Shown here one piece after another: positions 8,219-15,907 of a stretch of DNA of 20,328 nucleotides. The DNA comes from Prevotellaceae bacterium (lineage in GTDB: Bacteria; Bacteroidota; Bacteroidia; Bacteroidales; UBA932). The translations under genes were made by a program, and so were the position numbers. Position 1 is the stretch's first letter; each line of letters begins with the position of its first letter. The notes beneath the pieces were generated by a model that saw only the letters and a program-made list of their open reading frames with translations, ran no database searches and had not been told where the DNA came from. The stretch lies in contig JAIRLT010000263.1 in assembly GCA_031259225.1 (NCBI GenBank), positions 1 through 20,328 of the forward strand, read 5' to 3'.

Positions 8219-9355
8219 TTAACAAACGGTTAATAGCGAATATCCATACGAAAAGCGGGCGCTTTCCGGGATCATTAAAAGTATTTTTTGCCCCTGCTTC
8301 AACATTCCCGAATGCACCAGTTCTTCGAGCATGATGAAATTGGACGCCGACGCGACATTGCCTACTTTCTGCAAATTCAAAAACCATTTCTCTTCCGGAA
8401 TGGCAAATCCCAGTGATGCCAGTTCATCAAAGATTTTATCCTTGAAAAACATGGACGACAAGTGCGGTAAAAACCAGTCAATGTCTTCCGGGCGGAGGTT
8501 CCTTTTTTGCACGGTTTCCATAAAAAACCGACCGCCCAGTTTCACAATGTGTTCGTCGAGCAAGCGCGTATTCTGTTTCAATGCAAACAACGACCGGGAA
8601 AGCCATTCGTCTTCCGGGAACAGCGTCCAGCCCAGTAACTCGCCCTGCGCATTCTTTTCCCCGCCGGCATACATGCACGTTTCTACCTCGTGGGCGTACG
8701 AACAAATATCTATCCAGTCAATTTTCAGGGAGCAGCCGGAGCGGGCAGGTTCGGTTTGCAAGAGCAGCGCTGCCGCCCCGTCGGACAGCATCCACCGCAA
8801 AAACTCTTTTTCAAATGCCAGCACTGGTTTTTTGTCCAATTCCTTTAACCGTTCCATTTCGACGGTGAAGTTTTTGGCAAGCATCCATGCCGAAGGGCGT
8901 TCGGACGCGACGCATACCGCATTGTTTTTCCCGCCCGACAAAAGCGAGAGGTAAGCATACTTTAATGCCTGTATCCCAACACAGCACGAACCGGCAAAAG
9001 AAACCACTTCCGCATTTTTCCCGCCCAACAAGCCATGCACCATCACCCCGTGCGAGGGGACAAGTTGTTCCGGCGAAGCCGTACCCGCCGCCAACAACTC
9101 CATATCCCCGATGAAGAAACCGTAATCACATAATTTTTTAATGGCTTGCACCGCCATTTGAACGCTCGTATGCGTTACATTACCGGCTTCATCCAGAGCG
9201 TAATAACGTGTCTTTATGCCATTATTTTTCAGCACAAGACGTTTAGCGTGCGAGGGGATATTGTCAATCATCCCCAAATATTTTTCCATGTCGTTATTAC
9301 CGACCGGCTGGTTGGGGAAAAAAGTTGAAAACGCCGTAATGTAGATTTCTTTCAT
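8219..9355 (-). CDS. FabH-like 3-oxoacyl-ACP synthase III family protein
   Basis: KAS III-like motifs FAGSCCVGIQALKYA and NLQKVGNVASASNFIMLEEL. Start chosen at MKEIYITAFS (9355) because a TAnnTTTG -7 element sits 4 nt upstream of it. The longer ORF reaching 9391 would place that promoter element inside the gene. Confidence 0.75.
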   Translation of the reverse strand: MKEIYITAFSTFFPNQPVGNNDMEKYLGMIDNIPSHAKRLVLKNNGIKTRYYALDEAGNVTHTSVQMAVQAIKKLCDYGFFIGDMELLAAGTASPEQLVPSHGVMVHGLLGGKNAEVVSFAGSCCVGIQALKYAYLSLLSGGKNNAVCVASERPSAWMLAKNFTVEMERLKELDKKPVLAFEKEFLRWMLSDGAAALLLQTEPARSGCSLKIDWIDICSYAHEVETCMYAGGEKNAQGELLGWTLFPEDEWLSRSLFALKQNTRLLDEHIVKLGGRFFMETVQKRNLRPEDIDWFLPHLSSMFFKDKIFDELASLGFAIPEEKWFLNLQKVGNVASASNFIMLEELVHSGMLKQGQKILLMIPESARFSYGYSLLTVC

Positions 9356-9359
9356 CCTG

Positions 9360-9367
9360 CAAAGATA
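9360..9367 (-). promoter_or_regulatory. Bacteroidota -7 element (TATCTTTG) abutting the FabH-like start. The predicted mRNA is leaderless or has a very short leader.
   Basis: Plus-strand caaagata at 9360-9367 is the reverse complement of TAtcTTTG. The ATG at 9355 is 4 nt downstream. A TTG lies about 21 nt further upstream, in the -33 position. Confidence 0.55.
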
Positions 9368-9404
9368 CAAAATTCTCGTATTATGGAACAAAGAACACTG
9401 AGAA

Positions 9405-9456
9405 ATTTACAGATTTACGGATTTACTTATTTACAGGTTTAGCCTGGCGCCGAAAA
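9405..9456. repeat. Four perfect tandem ATTTACNG octamers (ATTTACAG ATTTACGG ATTTACTT ATTTACAG) followed by a GCCTGGCGCC palindrome, about 40-90 nt upstream of the operon promoter
   Basis: Read directly at 9405-9436 and 9441-9452. The same octamers occur inverted at 2200-2217, and a related palindrome at 2032-2041 and 2179-2194. Confidence 0.6.
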
Positions 9457-9532
9457 CAATTCATATGTGGTAACATGACCTCATTGAACTTATCGTTTAT
9501 TTTAATACACGGTTCTAAAATGTTTTTTATAC

Positions 9533-9540
9533 CTTTGTAT
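9533..9540 (+). promoter_or_regulatory. Candidate -7 element TACCTTTG for the flotillin-like gene, implying a 5' leader of roughly 210 nt
   Basis: An exact TAnnTTTG match on the plus strand. No closer match was seen before the ATG at 9759. Confidence 0.35.
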
Positions 9541-9758
9541 TGTTTTTAAGTCAGGTTAGAGATAAATTGCGATTTACGTTATTACTAATCATCATAACGT
9601 GGTAAAACAAATTTCAATGGACAGGCTGCCTGATATTAGTTTATCGCTAATGGTAGTTAGGCATAAACAGGTTCTTCAACAAATGGTTTTTTTATGTCTA
9701 TATGTACAAAATAGCGAACAAGATATTGGAAAGAGTTCTCTACTAAAAAATAAAAAAT

Positions 9759-12125
9759 ATGGAAAATTTAACTGCTTTATTACCGCCTTGGGGAATAGTT
9801 ATTATTGCTATTCTTGGTTTATGGCTTCTGTTGAAAGGTTTGGTAAATGTGGGATCAACTCAAATTGCTACCGTTGAAAGAAAGTATATCGGCAAAGAAA
9901 TGGGCAATGGTCGCACGGTTGCACTTCCCGGGGAAGTTGGTATTCAGGCAAGGATCCTTGGTCCCGGCTTGCATTTTCTGATCCCTTTTTTTCAAAAAGC
10001 GCGAAAATACCCTTATATCGTTATTAGAGATAATCAGATAGGGTTAGTAGAAGCAATTACCGGCGCGCCTATTCCCGAAGGGAAATTTATGGCAGAAGCG
10101 ATCGACTGTAATACCTTTCAAGACGGCGCGGCTTTTCTCAAAAATGGAGGTCAGAAGGGTCCCCAAATAGCTATCCTTCCTCCGGGAGAGCACCGGATTA
10201 ATCCGTACCTGTTTAAAGTTAGCGTGCAAAATGCCATAAAAGTTGGCGACAATCAAGTGGGGATTATAGAATCCATTGCAGGCGATCCAATTCCTCCCGG
10301 GCATATTATGGCGCAGTCTGTAAAATGTAATTTATTTCAGGATGGCATAGCATTTCTCAAAAACGGAGGTCAAAAAGGACCTCAATTGGACATCCTGACC
10401 CCGGGATATTACCGTATCAACACGTATCTTTTTAAAGTGAGGATAGAAAATGCCGTAGAAGTGCCCGGCGGATATATCCGTATGGTTACTTCGATTGATG
10501 GAGAAAAAATTCCCGACGGACAAATTCTCGCCAAGAAAGTAGAAGGGCATTCTAATTTTGAAAAAGGAGACATTTTCCTCCAGAATGGGGGTCAGAAAGG
10601 TCGGCAAATCCAGCATCTGATGCCCGGGACATACCGCATTAATACAAGCCTGTTTGAAGTCAGTGATGCTGTTAAGTGGATAGAAATCGGTCCTGATGAA
10701 GTAGGGATTACTACCACATTGGAAGGGAAACCGATTACCGATAGCGGTAAAATTGCAGCCGATGAAGTTCCTTTGGATAAGCACAGTAATTTTCAGGATG
10801 CCGCGGCATTCCTGGAAAATTGTGGTCAAAAAGGGCTTCAAATACCGGTATTACGGGCAGGCGCTTATGCTATTAATCCGTGGTTTGCGTCTGTTGAAAA
10901 ACAACCCATGGTCAAAGTCGGTATTGGCGAATGTGCTGTAATTACCAGCTTCGTCGGAGAAGAATGGAAACAAAATACAGAAGACTCCGTAGAAAATAAC
11001 AGGGTGAATGCAAAGCTTGTACCTGTCGGCTATAAAGGAATTTGGCATACCCCGTTAGGTCCCGGTAAACACCCGCTCAATCCGAAAACGTGCAGGTGGG
11101 ATATTGTGCCTACCGTACAGGTGGTTTTGAGCTGGGATAATGCCAAAACAGAAGATAAATCCTTAACGTATGAATACGATAAGGATTTGCGTACCATTGT
11201 GCTGCGTACGGCAGACGCATTTGATGTTTCCATGACCGTACAAGTAATGTTCCATATTCCAATGGGTAAGGCGCCTGCCGTAGTGGCTGATTTGGGTTCC
11301 ATGAGAGACATGATTTCTCAAGTATTAGAACCGGCTGTGAGTTCTCATTTCCGTAATGCGGCACAAAAGGTAAAAGCATTAGATCTTTACACCCAGCGGA
11401 TGGAACTGGCAGAAGCCGCTAAGAAAAAGATTTCCGAAGTATTGGCTCTTTATCATATTGAGTCGCGAGACGTAATGATTACGGATGTGATTTTACCGGA
11501 ATCTATTGTTAAACCTGTGAAACAGGCTGCCATTGCCATTGAAGAAGAAAAACAGTACAAGAGCGAAGAACAGGCGCAAAATGCACGTAAGAATTTGGAG
11601 TTTGCTAAAAAACAAGCGGACATGCAAGAAGCATTGGTGGAATCGGAACGTCAAATCGAGATTTCAAAAAACAATGCCGAAGCTACAGCCAAAAAGGCAG
11701 AAGGAGATAAGAAAGCCCAAATTCTTAAAGCCGAAGCAAGCGCTGCGGAAATTGCACTTGTTGCAAATGCCAATGCTCAGAAAGTAGAACAGGTGGGTTT
11801 AGCTGAAGCCAAAGTAATCCTTGAACAGGGCAAAGCGCAGGCAGAAGCGTATAAACTATCTCAGGAAGCATTGGGTACCGACTATGCCCGCTTGCAGATT
11901 ATCGAAGCCATTGCAAAGAACCGGTTACAAATCATTCCACAAAACATCATCGCCGGCGGCGGAGAGTCCGGATCCGGTATTATTAATCAATTCTTGGGAG
12001 TACGAATGTTAGAAGAATTGACGGGCAGACCGTTTAATTCGAAAACAGACGAAATCCCGACGTCCACAACTCATCTTGCAGACATTTTGCAGCAAAGGAA
12101 AGAGGGGAAAAAAGAGAAAAAATAA
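9759..12125 (+). CDS. Flotillin / SPFH (band 7) family membrane protein with an expanded internal repeat region
   Basis: N-terminal TM helix (LLPPWGIVIIAILGLWLLL). GGQKG-Q...L-PG-YRINP-LF-V units resemble the N-terminal beta segment of YqiK/flotillin SPFH domains. The C-terminal half is a long Ala/Glu/Lys-rich coiled coil (AEAKVILEQGKAQAEAYKLSQEALGTDYARLQIIEAIAK), typical of the flotillin C-terminus. Confidence 0.75.
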   Translation: MENLTALLPPWGIVIIAILGLWLLLKGLVNVGSTQIATVERKYIGKEMGNGRTVALPGEVGIQARILGPGLHFLIPFFQKARKYPYIVIRDNQIGLVEAITGAPIPEGKFMAEAIDCNTFQDGAAFLKNGGQKGPQIAILPPGEHRINPYLFKVSVQNAIKVGDNQVGIIESIAGDPIPPGHIMAQSVKCNLFQDGIAFLKNGGQKGPQLDILTPGYYRINTYLFKVRIENAVEVPGGYIRMVTSIDGEKIPDGQILAKKVEGHSNFEKGDIFLQNGGQKGRQIQHLMPGTYRINTSLFEVSDAVKWIEIGPDEVGITTTLEGKPITDSGKIAADEVPLDKHSNFQDAAAFLENCGQKGLQIPVLRAGAYAINPWFASVEKQPMVKVGIGECAVITSFVGEEWKQNTEDSVENNRVNAKLVPVGYKGIWHTPLGPGKHPLNPKTCRWDIVPTVQVVLSWDNAKTEDKSLTYEYDKDLRTIVLRTADAFDVSMTVQVMFHIPMGKAPAVVADLGSMRDMISQVLEPAVSSHFRNAAQKVKALDLYTQRMELAEAAKKKISEVLALYHIESRDVMITDVILPESIVKPVKQAAIAIEEEKQYKSEEQAQNARKNLEFAKKQADMQEALVESERQIEISKNNAEATAKKAEGDKKAQILKAEASAAEIALVANANAQKVEQVGLAEAKVILEQGKAQAEAYKLSQEALGTDYARLQIIEAIAKNRLQIIPQNIIAGGGESGSGIINQFLGVRMLEELTGRPFNSKTDEIPTSTTHLADILQQRKEGKKEKK
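10029..10922 (+). repeat. Four tandem ~75-aa intragenic repeats (about 225 nt each) inside the flotillin-like CDS
   Basis: Units start at roughly aa 91, 165, 239 and 313. Each contains xGxPIPxG, FQDGxAFLKNGGQKGxQ, LxPGxYRINxxLFxV. They are also visible at DNA level, for example tttctcaaaaatggaggtcagaagggtcc versus tttctcaaaaacggaggtcaaaaaggacc. Confidence 0.7.
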
Positions 12126-12367
12126 CCCGTGCTATGGGATACTGCTAAGTTAGTATCAGGGCTATCCGCTACAAAAAGAAACGAACGGGCGGTTTACGAA
12201 AGAGGGCGTTTTTTTACGAAACTCGACGGAAAGAACATGCAAAACGTGAGGTGGCAAGGTATTCGAGATGCCCGATGGGATAGATAGCCACGTTCAACCA
12301 ATAACCGGTATTAACCTGCGGTTGGGCGTGCATATTTACACCCCTTTTTTATTTGTATTTTTTTCAC

Positions 12368-12375
12368 TACCTTTG
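12368..12375 (+). promoter_or_regulatory. -7 element TACCTTTG for tRNA-Leu
   Basis: An exact TAnnTTTG match 11 nt upstream of the mature tRNA 5' end. Confidence 0.5.
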
Positions 12376-12386
12376 CGTCCCAAAAA

Positions 12387-12469
12387 GCGGGCATGGCGTA
12401 ATTTGGTAGCCGCGCCAGACTTAGGATCTGGTGCCGTAAGGCGTGGGGGTTCGAGTCCCTTTGCCCGCA
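12387..12469 (+). tRNA. tRNA-Leu, anticodon TAG
   Basis: Manual fold. Acceptor stem GCGGGCA/TGCCCGC, 3-bp D stem, anticodon stem CCAGA/TCTGG with loop CTTAGGA (anticodon TAG), long variable arm, T arm GGGGG-TTCGAGT-CCCTT, discriminator A. CCA is not encoded. 83 nt, class II. Confidence 0.85.
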
Positions 12470-12543
12470 CAATAAAACGTGATTAGTTGATGACATAACG
12501 GAATTTCGTAATCTGATATCAGTATCCAATATTAAAACAGTTC

Positions 12544-13872
12544 ATGAATATAACACAGAAAAAAATCGACGACTTAACAGCCACTCTTACGCTAACTATT
12601 GAAAAAAGCGACTACGAACCACTGGTGAAAAAGAATTTGAATGATTTCCGTCGCAAAGCGGAAATCAAGGGTTTTCGCCCGGGCATGGCGCCGGTGAGCT
12701 TGGTTGAAAAAATGCACGGGCGTGCGGCATTGTTTGAAGAAATACATAAATTATTGCCGGAAAGCTTGAGTAAATATATTGAAGATAACAAGCTAAACCT
12801 GTTGGGCGAACCCATTCCCAGCGACGCCGCAGAAAAGCAAAATATGGAAGATCCCGATAATCTCAAATTTGATTTTGAAATAGGATTTGCGCCGGATATT
12901 GCATTTACCCTTTCGGAAAAAGATAAAATTCCTTTTTACAATATCACGATAACCGAAGAGGATAAAGCAATGCAAAAGGAAATCATTCTAAAACAATACG
13001 GGCAAGTGACCGCAACGGAAACCATTACCGGAAAAGACGAATACCTGCAAGTGGACTTAGTGCAAGACGGGAAGACGATAGAAGATGCTTTTCTTTTTCT
13101 TAAAACTATCGAAAAAAATGCGGTAAAAGAACTGTTTACCGGGAAAAAAGCCGGCGATGAAATCGAAGCGGATGTAAAAAAAATCATCACTAATGAAGCT
13201 GATTTAGCGGAGTTGCTGAAAGTAAAAAAAGGAGAATTAGCGGGTATTGATCCGATATTCACCATAAAGATAAAAGAAGTTAAACGGTTTGTTGCAGCCG
13301 AATTAAATCAAGACTTGTACGACCGTTTGTTCGGCGAAGGCATCGTGAAAAGCGAAGACGAATTTATGCAAAAAATCACCGAACATATTCGTGAAAAATA
13401 CACACATGAAAGCGATTACCGTTTTTCTATTGACGCTTACAACGCTTTGCTGAAGAAAGCGCACATCGAATTGCCTGAAGCATTTTTGAAACGCTGGTTA
13501 AGTTATTCGAACGCCGAAAAAATCGCGCCGGACGTTATTGAAAAAGAATTTCCGGAATTCGCCGACGATTTACGCCAGCAAATGATTCGTGATTATATCC
13601 TGAAAGAACAAAAAATAGAATTAAAGCAGGACGATTTTTTAGAACATGCTAAAAAAATGGCACGGTACCAATTCCAGATGTATGGCATCCACAATGCATC
13701 GGAAGAACAAATCGAATATTATGCCAATAGCATTTTGGCGAATGAAAAGGAATGGAAACGTATCCGCGAAAAGTTGGAAAGCGATAAGGTAATAGATTAC
13801 GTGAAAGCTACTGTAACATTGGATACGAAAGAAATTACAAATGACAAATTGCAAAAACTCTACGAAAAATAA
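12544..13872 (+). CDS. tig: Trigger factor
   Basis: 442 aa. Bacteroidota-type trigger factor N-terminus (MNITQKKIDDLTATLTLTIEK...FRPGMAPVSLVEK). It sits immediately upstream of clpP-clpX. Confidence 0.85.
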   Translation: MNITQKKIDDLTATLTLTIEKSDYEPLVKKNLNDFRRKAEIKGFRPGMAPVSLVEKMHGRAALFEEIHKLLPESLSKYIEDNKLNLLGEPIPSDAAEKQNMEDPDNLKFDFEIGFAPDIAFTLSEKDKIPFYNITITEEDKAMQKEIILKQYGQVTATETITGKDEYLQVDLVQDGKTIEDAFLFLKTIEKNAVKELFTGKKAGDEIEADVKKIITNEADLAELLKVKKGELAGIDPIFTIKIKEVKRFVAAELNQDLYDRLFGEGIVKSEDEFMQKITEHIREKYTHESDYRFSIDAYNALLKKAHIELPEAFLKRWLSYSNAEKIAPDVIEKEFPEFADDLRQQMIRDYILKEQKIELKQDDFLEHAKKMARYQFQMYGIHNASEEQIEYYANSILANEKEWKRIREKLESDKVIDYVKATVTLDTKEITNDKLQKLYEK

Positions 13873-13878
13873 TCAGTC

Positions 13879-14556
13879 ATGAATACGAATGAATTTCAAA
13901 AATACGCTACCCGGCATCTGGGTGTTAGCAGCTTGGCTTTGCACCGTTATGGCAATGTACATGCCAATTATATCAATCCGACGATTATTGAAGAGCGGCA
14001 GTTGAATGTGGCGTCAATGGATGTGTTTTCGCGCCTGATGATGGATCGCATTATTTTCCTTGGCGTACCTATCAACGACGATGTGGCGAATATTATTGAA
14101 GCGCAACTGTTGTTCCTCGAATCAACCGATGCGAACAAAGATATTCAAATGTACATTAACTCGCCGGGCGGATCGGTGTACGCCGGCTTGGGCATTTACG
14201 ACACCATGCAACTGATAAACCCGAAAGTCGCTACCATTTGCACCGGCATTGCGGCTTCCATGTCGGCTATCCTGCTAACCGCCGGGCATAAGGGACGCCG
14301 TACCGGGCTGCCCCATTCTCGCGTGATGATACACCAACCCATGGGCGGCGCCGAAGGACCGGCGTCGGATATTGAAATCACCGCCCGCGAAATTGTAAAA
14401 CTTAAACGTGAATTGTACGAAATCATTGCTAAACATACGGGAAAACCGGTAGAACAAATAGAAAAAGACGCCGATCGCGACTATTGGATGACCTCACAGG
14501 AAGCCTTGTCGTACGGTATGATTGACGAAATTTTGACCAATGCCAACAAAAAATAA
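13879..14556 (+). CDS. clpP: ATP-dependent Clp protease proteolytic subunit
   Basis: Strong ClpP core ([20 protein letters not shown], Ser in GIAASMSA, His in MIHQPMGG). Confidence 0.95.
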   Translation: MNTNEFQKYATRHLGVSSLALHRYGNVHANYINPTIIEERQLNVASMDVFSRLMMDRIIFLGVPINDDVANIIEAQLLFLESTDANKDIQMYINSPGGSVYAGLGIYDTMQLINPKVATICTGIAASMSAILLTAGHKGRRTGLPHSRVMIHQPMGGAEGPASDIEITAREIVKLKRELYEIIAKHTGKPVEQIEKDADRDYWMTSQEALSYGMIDEILTNANKK

Positions 14557-15781
14557 TTTTCATTCCAAGGTACGGTGTTCGTTTTGCGGACGCACCGAAC
14601 AGGACGGCGTGCTACTGATCCATGCCGAGCGCGGCGCTGTGATTTGCAATATCTGTATTGATGCGGCGGCAGAGATGGTAAAAACCACCCTGCAAAAAAA
14701 CGAGCCGGTATCATTGGATAAAATCCAATTGCTGAAACCGCAGGAAATCAAACAGCGGTTGGATGAATATGTAATTGGGCAGGACGACGCTAAAAAATTC
14801 CTGTCTGTAGCGGTTTACAACCACTACAAGCGTATCATGTACAATCATAAAAACACCGTAGAATTAGACAAATCGAATATTTTACTTGTCGGTCCTACCG
14901 GCACTGGGAAAACATTGCTGGCACACACTATTGCGCGATTGCTCCATGTGCCGTTCACTATCGTTGATGCTACCGTACTGACCGAAGCCGGCTACGTGGG
15001 CGAAGATGTGGAAAGCGTATTGACGCGCCTGCTGCAAGCGGCAGACTTCAACGTCCAAGCTGCGCAAAAAGGCATTGTGTTTATTGACGAGATAGATAAA
15101 ATTGCACGTAAAAGTGACAACCCGTCTATCACGCGCGACGTATCGGGCGAAGGCGTGCAACAGGCATTGTTGAAACTGTTGGAAGGTACAGAAGTGAATG
15201 TCCCCCCGCAAGGCGGACGCAAACATCCCGAACAGAAAATGATTACGGTGGACACGCGCAATATTTTATTTATTTGCGGCGGCGCTTTTGAAGGCATTGA
15301 AAAACGTATTGCGCAACGCCTCAATACGCAAGTAATGGGTTTTGGCGCAGTGCAACGGACAGCGCATATTGACAAGGAAAATTTATTGCAATACATTGCG
15401 CCGGCAGACTTGCGCAAGTACGGGCTTATTCCCGAAATTGTCGGGCGTTTGCCGGTCATCACCTACTTAAACCCGTTGAACCGCGAGGCTTTGCGAAATA
15501 TCCTCACCGAGCCGAAAAATGCCATTCTTAAACAATACATCCATTTATTCCAGTTAGACAACATCCGGCTCACGTTCGATGATGACGTGCTGGATTTCAT
15601 TGTGGATAAAGCCGTCGGGTTTAACCTTGGCGCGCGCGGCTTGCGTTCCATTTGCGAAACAATTATGATAGACGCCATGTATGAACTGCCGTCAAGCGGC
15701 AAGGACGCATTGCATATTACGAAACAATATGCCGGAGAAAAGTTGGAACGAAATTCCCCACAGAAATTAAATGTAGCCTGA
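14540..15781 (+). CDS. clpX: ATP-dependent Clp protease ATP-binding subunit ClpX
   Basis: N-terminal zinc finger CSFCGR...CNICID, Walker [12 protein letters not shown], Walker [11 protein letters not shown]. It overlaps clpP by 17 nt. Confidence 0.95.
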   Translation: MPTKNNFHSKVRCSFCGRTEQDGVLLIHAERGAVICNICIDAAAEMVKTTLQKNEPVSLDKIQLLKPQEIKQRLDEYVIGQDDAKKFLSVAVYNHYKRIMYNHKNTVELDKSNILLVGPTGTGKTLLAHTIARLLHVPFTIVDATVLTEAGYVGEDVESVLTRLLQAADFNVQAAQKGIVFIDEIDKIARKSDNPSITRDVSGEGVQQALLKLLEGTEVNVPPQGGRKHPEQKMITVDTRNILFICGGAFEGIEKRIAQRLNTQVMGFGAVQRTAHIDKENLLQYIAPADLRKYGLIPEIVGRLPVITYLNPLNREALRNILTEPKNAILKQYIHLFQLDNIRLTFDDDVLDFIVDKAVGFNLGARGLRSICETIMIDAMYELPSSGKDALHITKQYAGEKLERNSPQKLNVA

Positions 15782-15789
15782 TTTTCCTG

Positions 15790-15863
15790 TGACTCCGGAG
15801 GGATTCGAACCCGCGACCCACAGATTAGAAATCTGTTGCTCTATCCAACTGAGCTACGGAGCC
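15790..15863 (-). tRNA. tRNA-Arg, anticodon TCT
   Basis: Reverse complement GGCTCCGTAGCTCAGTTGGATAGAGCAACAGATTTCTAATCTGTGGGTCGCGGGTTCGAATCCCTCCGGAGTCA. Acceptor stem GGCTCCG/CGGAGTC (one G.U), D arm GCTC...GAGC, anticodon stem ACAGA/TCTGT with loop TTTCTAA. There is one C-U mismatch in the T stem. 74 nt. Confidence 0.8.
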
Positions 15864-15883
15864 GTTTAATTTTATTTTTTAGC

Positions 15884-15891
15884 ATGCAAAG
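15884..15891 (-). promoter_or_regulatory. -7 element TACCTTTG for tRNA-Arg
   Basis: Reverse complement of plus-strand caaaggta, 20 nt upstream of the tRNA 5' end on the minus strand. Confidence 0.45.
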
Positions 15892-15907
15892 GTAGCAAAA
15901 ACTTAGG

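Noticed and set aside
8331-8954. 207-aa Ser-rich ORF on the plus strand
   Set aside because: Antisense to the FabH-like gene. Low-complexity Ser/Asn-rich translation is typical of reverse-strand artefacts.
9599-9877. 92-aa plus-strand ORF upstream of and overlapping the flotillin-like start
   Set aside because: Different frame from the well-supported TM-containing start at 9759. Its composition is not protein-like.
10332-10841. 169-aa minus-strand ORF
   Set aside because: Antisense to the repeat region of the flotillin-like gene. It is a consequence of the repetitive sense sequence.
12126-12260. Possible terminator after the flotillin-like gene (gatactgctaagttagtatc stem, with gggcgttttttt further on)
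   Set aside because: The stems are short or imperfect and the T-run is not adjacent to a convincing hairpin.
12268-12529. Two 72-aa ORFs (plus and minus strands)
   Set aside because: They overlap the tRNA-Leu gene and its promoter.
14992-15462. 156-aa minus-strand ORF
   Set aside because: Antisense within clpX.
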